Shown piece after piece: positions 63,001 to 64,000 of a stretch of 64,000 nucleotides of DNA. The notes beneath the pieces were generated by a model. The model had not been told where the DNA came from and made no database searches. It worked only from the letters and a program-made list of their open reading frames with translations. The DNA is from Macrostomum hystrix. Its lineage: Eukaryota > Animalia > Platyhelminthes. The stretch lies in contig CATNEN010000038.1 of NCBI GenBank assembly GCA_950097015.1, positions 7,254,001-7,318,000 on the forward strand, written 5' to 3'. Both the position numbers and the translations under genes were made by a program. How positions within the stretch are numbered: position 1 is the first letter of the stretch; the number at the start of each line of letters is the position of its first letter.

Positions 63001-63382
63001 CGGCTCCAGTGCGACTCCCATTGGCACTCTGAACTTCATGGCGCCAGAGCTGCTGGGCGCTGGGACACCAGAGAGCGTGCAGTACAGCAGAGAGTCCGAC
63101 ATCTGGGCGTTCGGCTGCTCGATCTTCCAGATGGCCAGCGGAGCCAAGCCTTACGCGACCGTCTGGAACTTTTACCAATTGGCTCAACTGCTTGAGAAGA
63201 GAGGCGCGCCCGCCCTGCCTGACAACTGCTCAGCAGTTCTGAAGGATTTCTACAGCCGCTGCACCGCCAGAGACAGAAAGTACCGGAAGCCTGCCGCAGA
63301 ACTGCTGAGACATGAATTTCTGACTGGTGAGAAGCCCAAGAAGCGAAGGACTTTTAGTGCACTCTTCGGTGACCAAAAGTGA
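60095..63382 (+). CDS. Ankyrin-repeat Ser/Thr protein kinase (STE/MAP3K-like catalytic domain)
   Basis: Exons 60095-60624, 60702-60756, 61229-61707, 62271-62312, 62397-62757, 62843-63382 all phase-compatible; two ankyrin blocks (GDTAAHFAA, GATPLMEAA, GQTVLLWAA, GKTALD); GRGGFG, CATK, HRDINCSN, DFG, GTLNFMAPE, DIWAFGC. Confidence 0.9.
60775..60895 (-). mobile_element. SINE family A fragment in kinase intron 2
   Basis: GCACAGCCGCAGCTATTGCGCG...CAGTCCATGGACTG. Confidence 0.8.
61746..62027. mobile_element. MITE-like element in kinase intron 3
   Basis: AAAGACCACAGGGGCATTTCAAATAGCC start and CCAGGGTCTTT end; internal CGTCGAGATATTCAAC shared with the 4472 and 15197 copies. Confidence 0.6.
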
Positions 63383-64000
63383 TCGTTTGCGGTGGATAAA
63401 AGAAATTAATTATTTATTACATTTATATTAGATCGAACTTTATATGATTTGTATTTACAAGCCCTAATTTAATGCTTCATGAAATCTATACTGCAGGATT
63501 TTTGTCTCAATTTCCTTGAGCAATAGACGTTCAGGAACCCAGTGTGAACCGCATCGTAATAACTGAATACAATATTACAGATACTTAAAGTACAATCAAT
63601 ATAGGTATACATAATTATTAATGATGCAAGACTCGATTCGTACAAACTGCGACACATCGCGTACTCAAATGTTAACGCTCTGTAGCTGTACTTAGAAACA
63701 AAAAATTCTCAAAAATGGACATGGACCTTTCAAGTTTTGACGAGGCAAATTTACTGAAGTGGGCTGTACAGTATTGTCTCCAGGAATCTGTTGTAAACAA
63801 CCTTTCAACACATTGCTGTATAGAAATTTTTCGTTTTTATTGCTTTGTGTTAAATGGCATGCATTCAACTTAGCCACTTCAGTTTGTCTATAGTCTATTT
63901 TTTCTTTTCATTTCTATTCCTTTCATTATTTATTCATTCCTTCCTTCCTTCCTATTCATTCCTTTCGCTATTTGAATAAGTACATTTGCAATTTTCTAGC

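Overview
Eukaryotic (invertebrate animal) genomic DNA. GC-rich exons, AT-rich introns, very dense minisatellites and the gene content suggest a free-living flatworm such as Macrostomum; this assignment is inference. Protein-coding loci: an InaF-motif micro-protein, a divergent single-exon class A GPCR, a small secreted 6-Cys defensin-like peptide, a multi-exon Sushi/CCP-repeat protein with an internal in-frame stop, a complete intronless Slo1/BK channel, RPF1, CFAP298, an allatotropin-like amidated neuropeptide precursor, a divergent VGLUT-like SLC17 transporter and an ankyrin-repeat Ser/Thr kinase. Non-genic content: two tRNA-derived SINE families (one with a MIR-like CORE domain), 3' fragments of an RTE-type LINE and of an RNaseH/CCHC LINE, a MITE-like family with AAGACCAC...GTGGTCTT ends, and more than 20 different tandem arrays, many inside introns. 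Most notable: the VGLUT-like carrier has acidic residues where VGLUTs have the glutamate-binding Arg, the neuropeptide exon is bracketed by satellite-filled introns, the BK gene has no introns, the defensin-like peptide has an atypical Cys spacing, and a SINE, a LINE and a locally copied segment are nested in three layers. All homology statements come from motif recognition by eye, not database searches.
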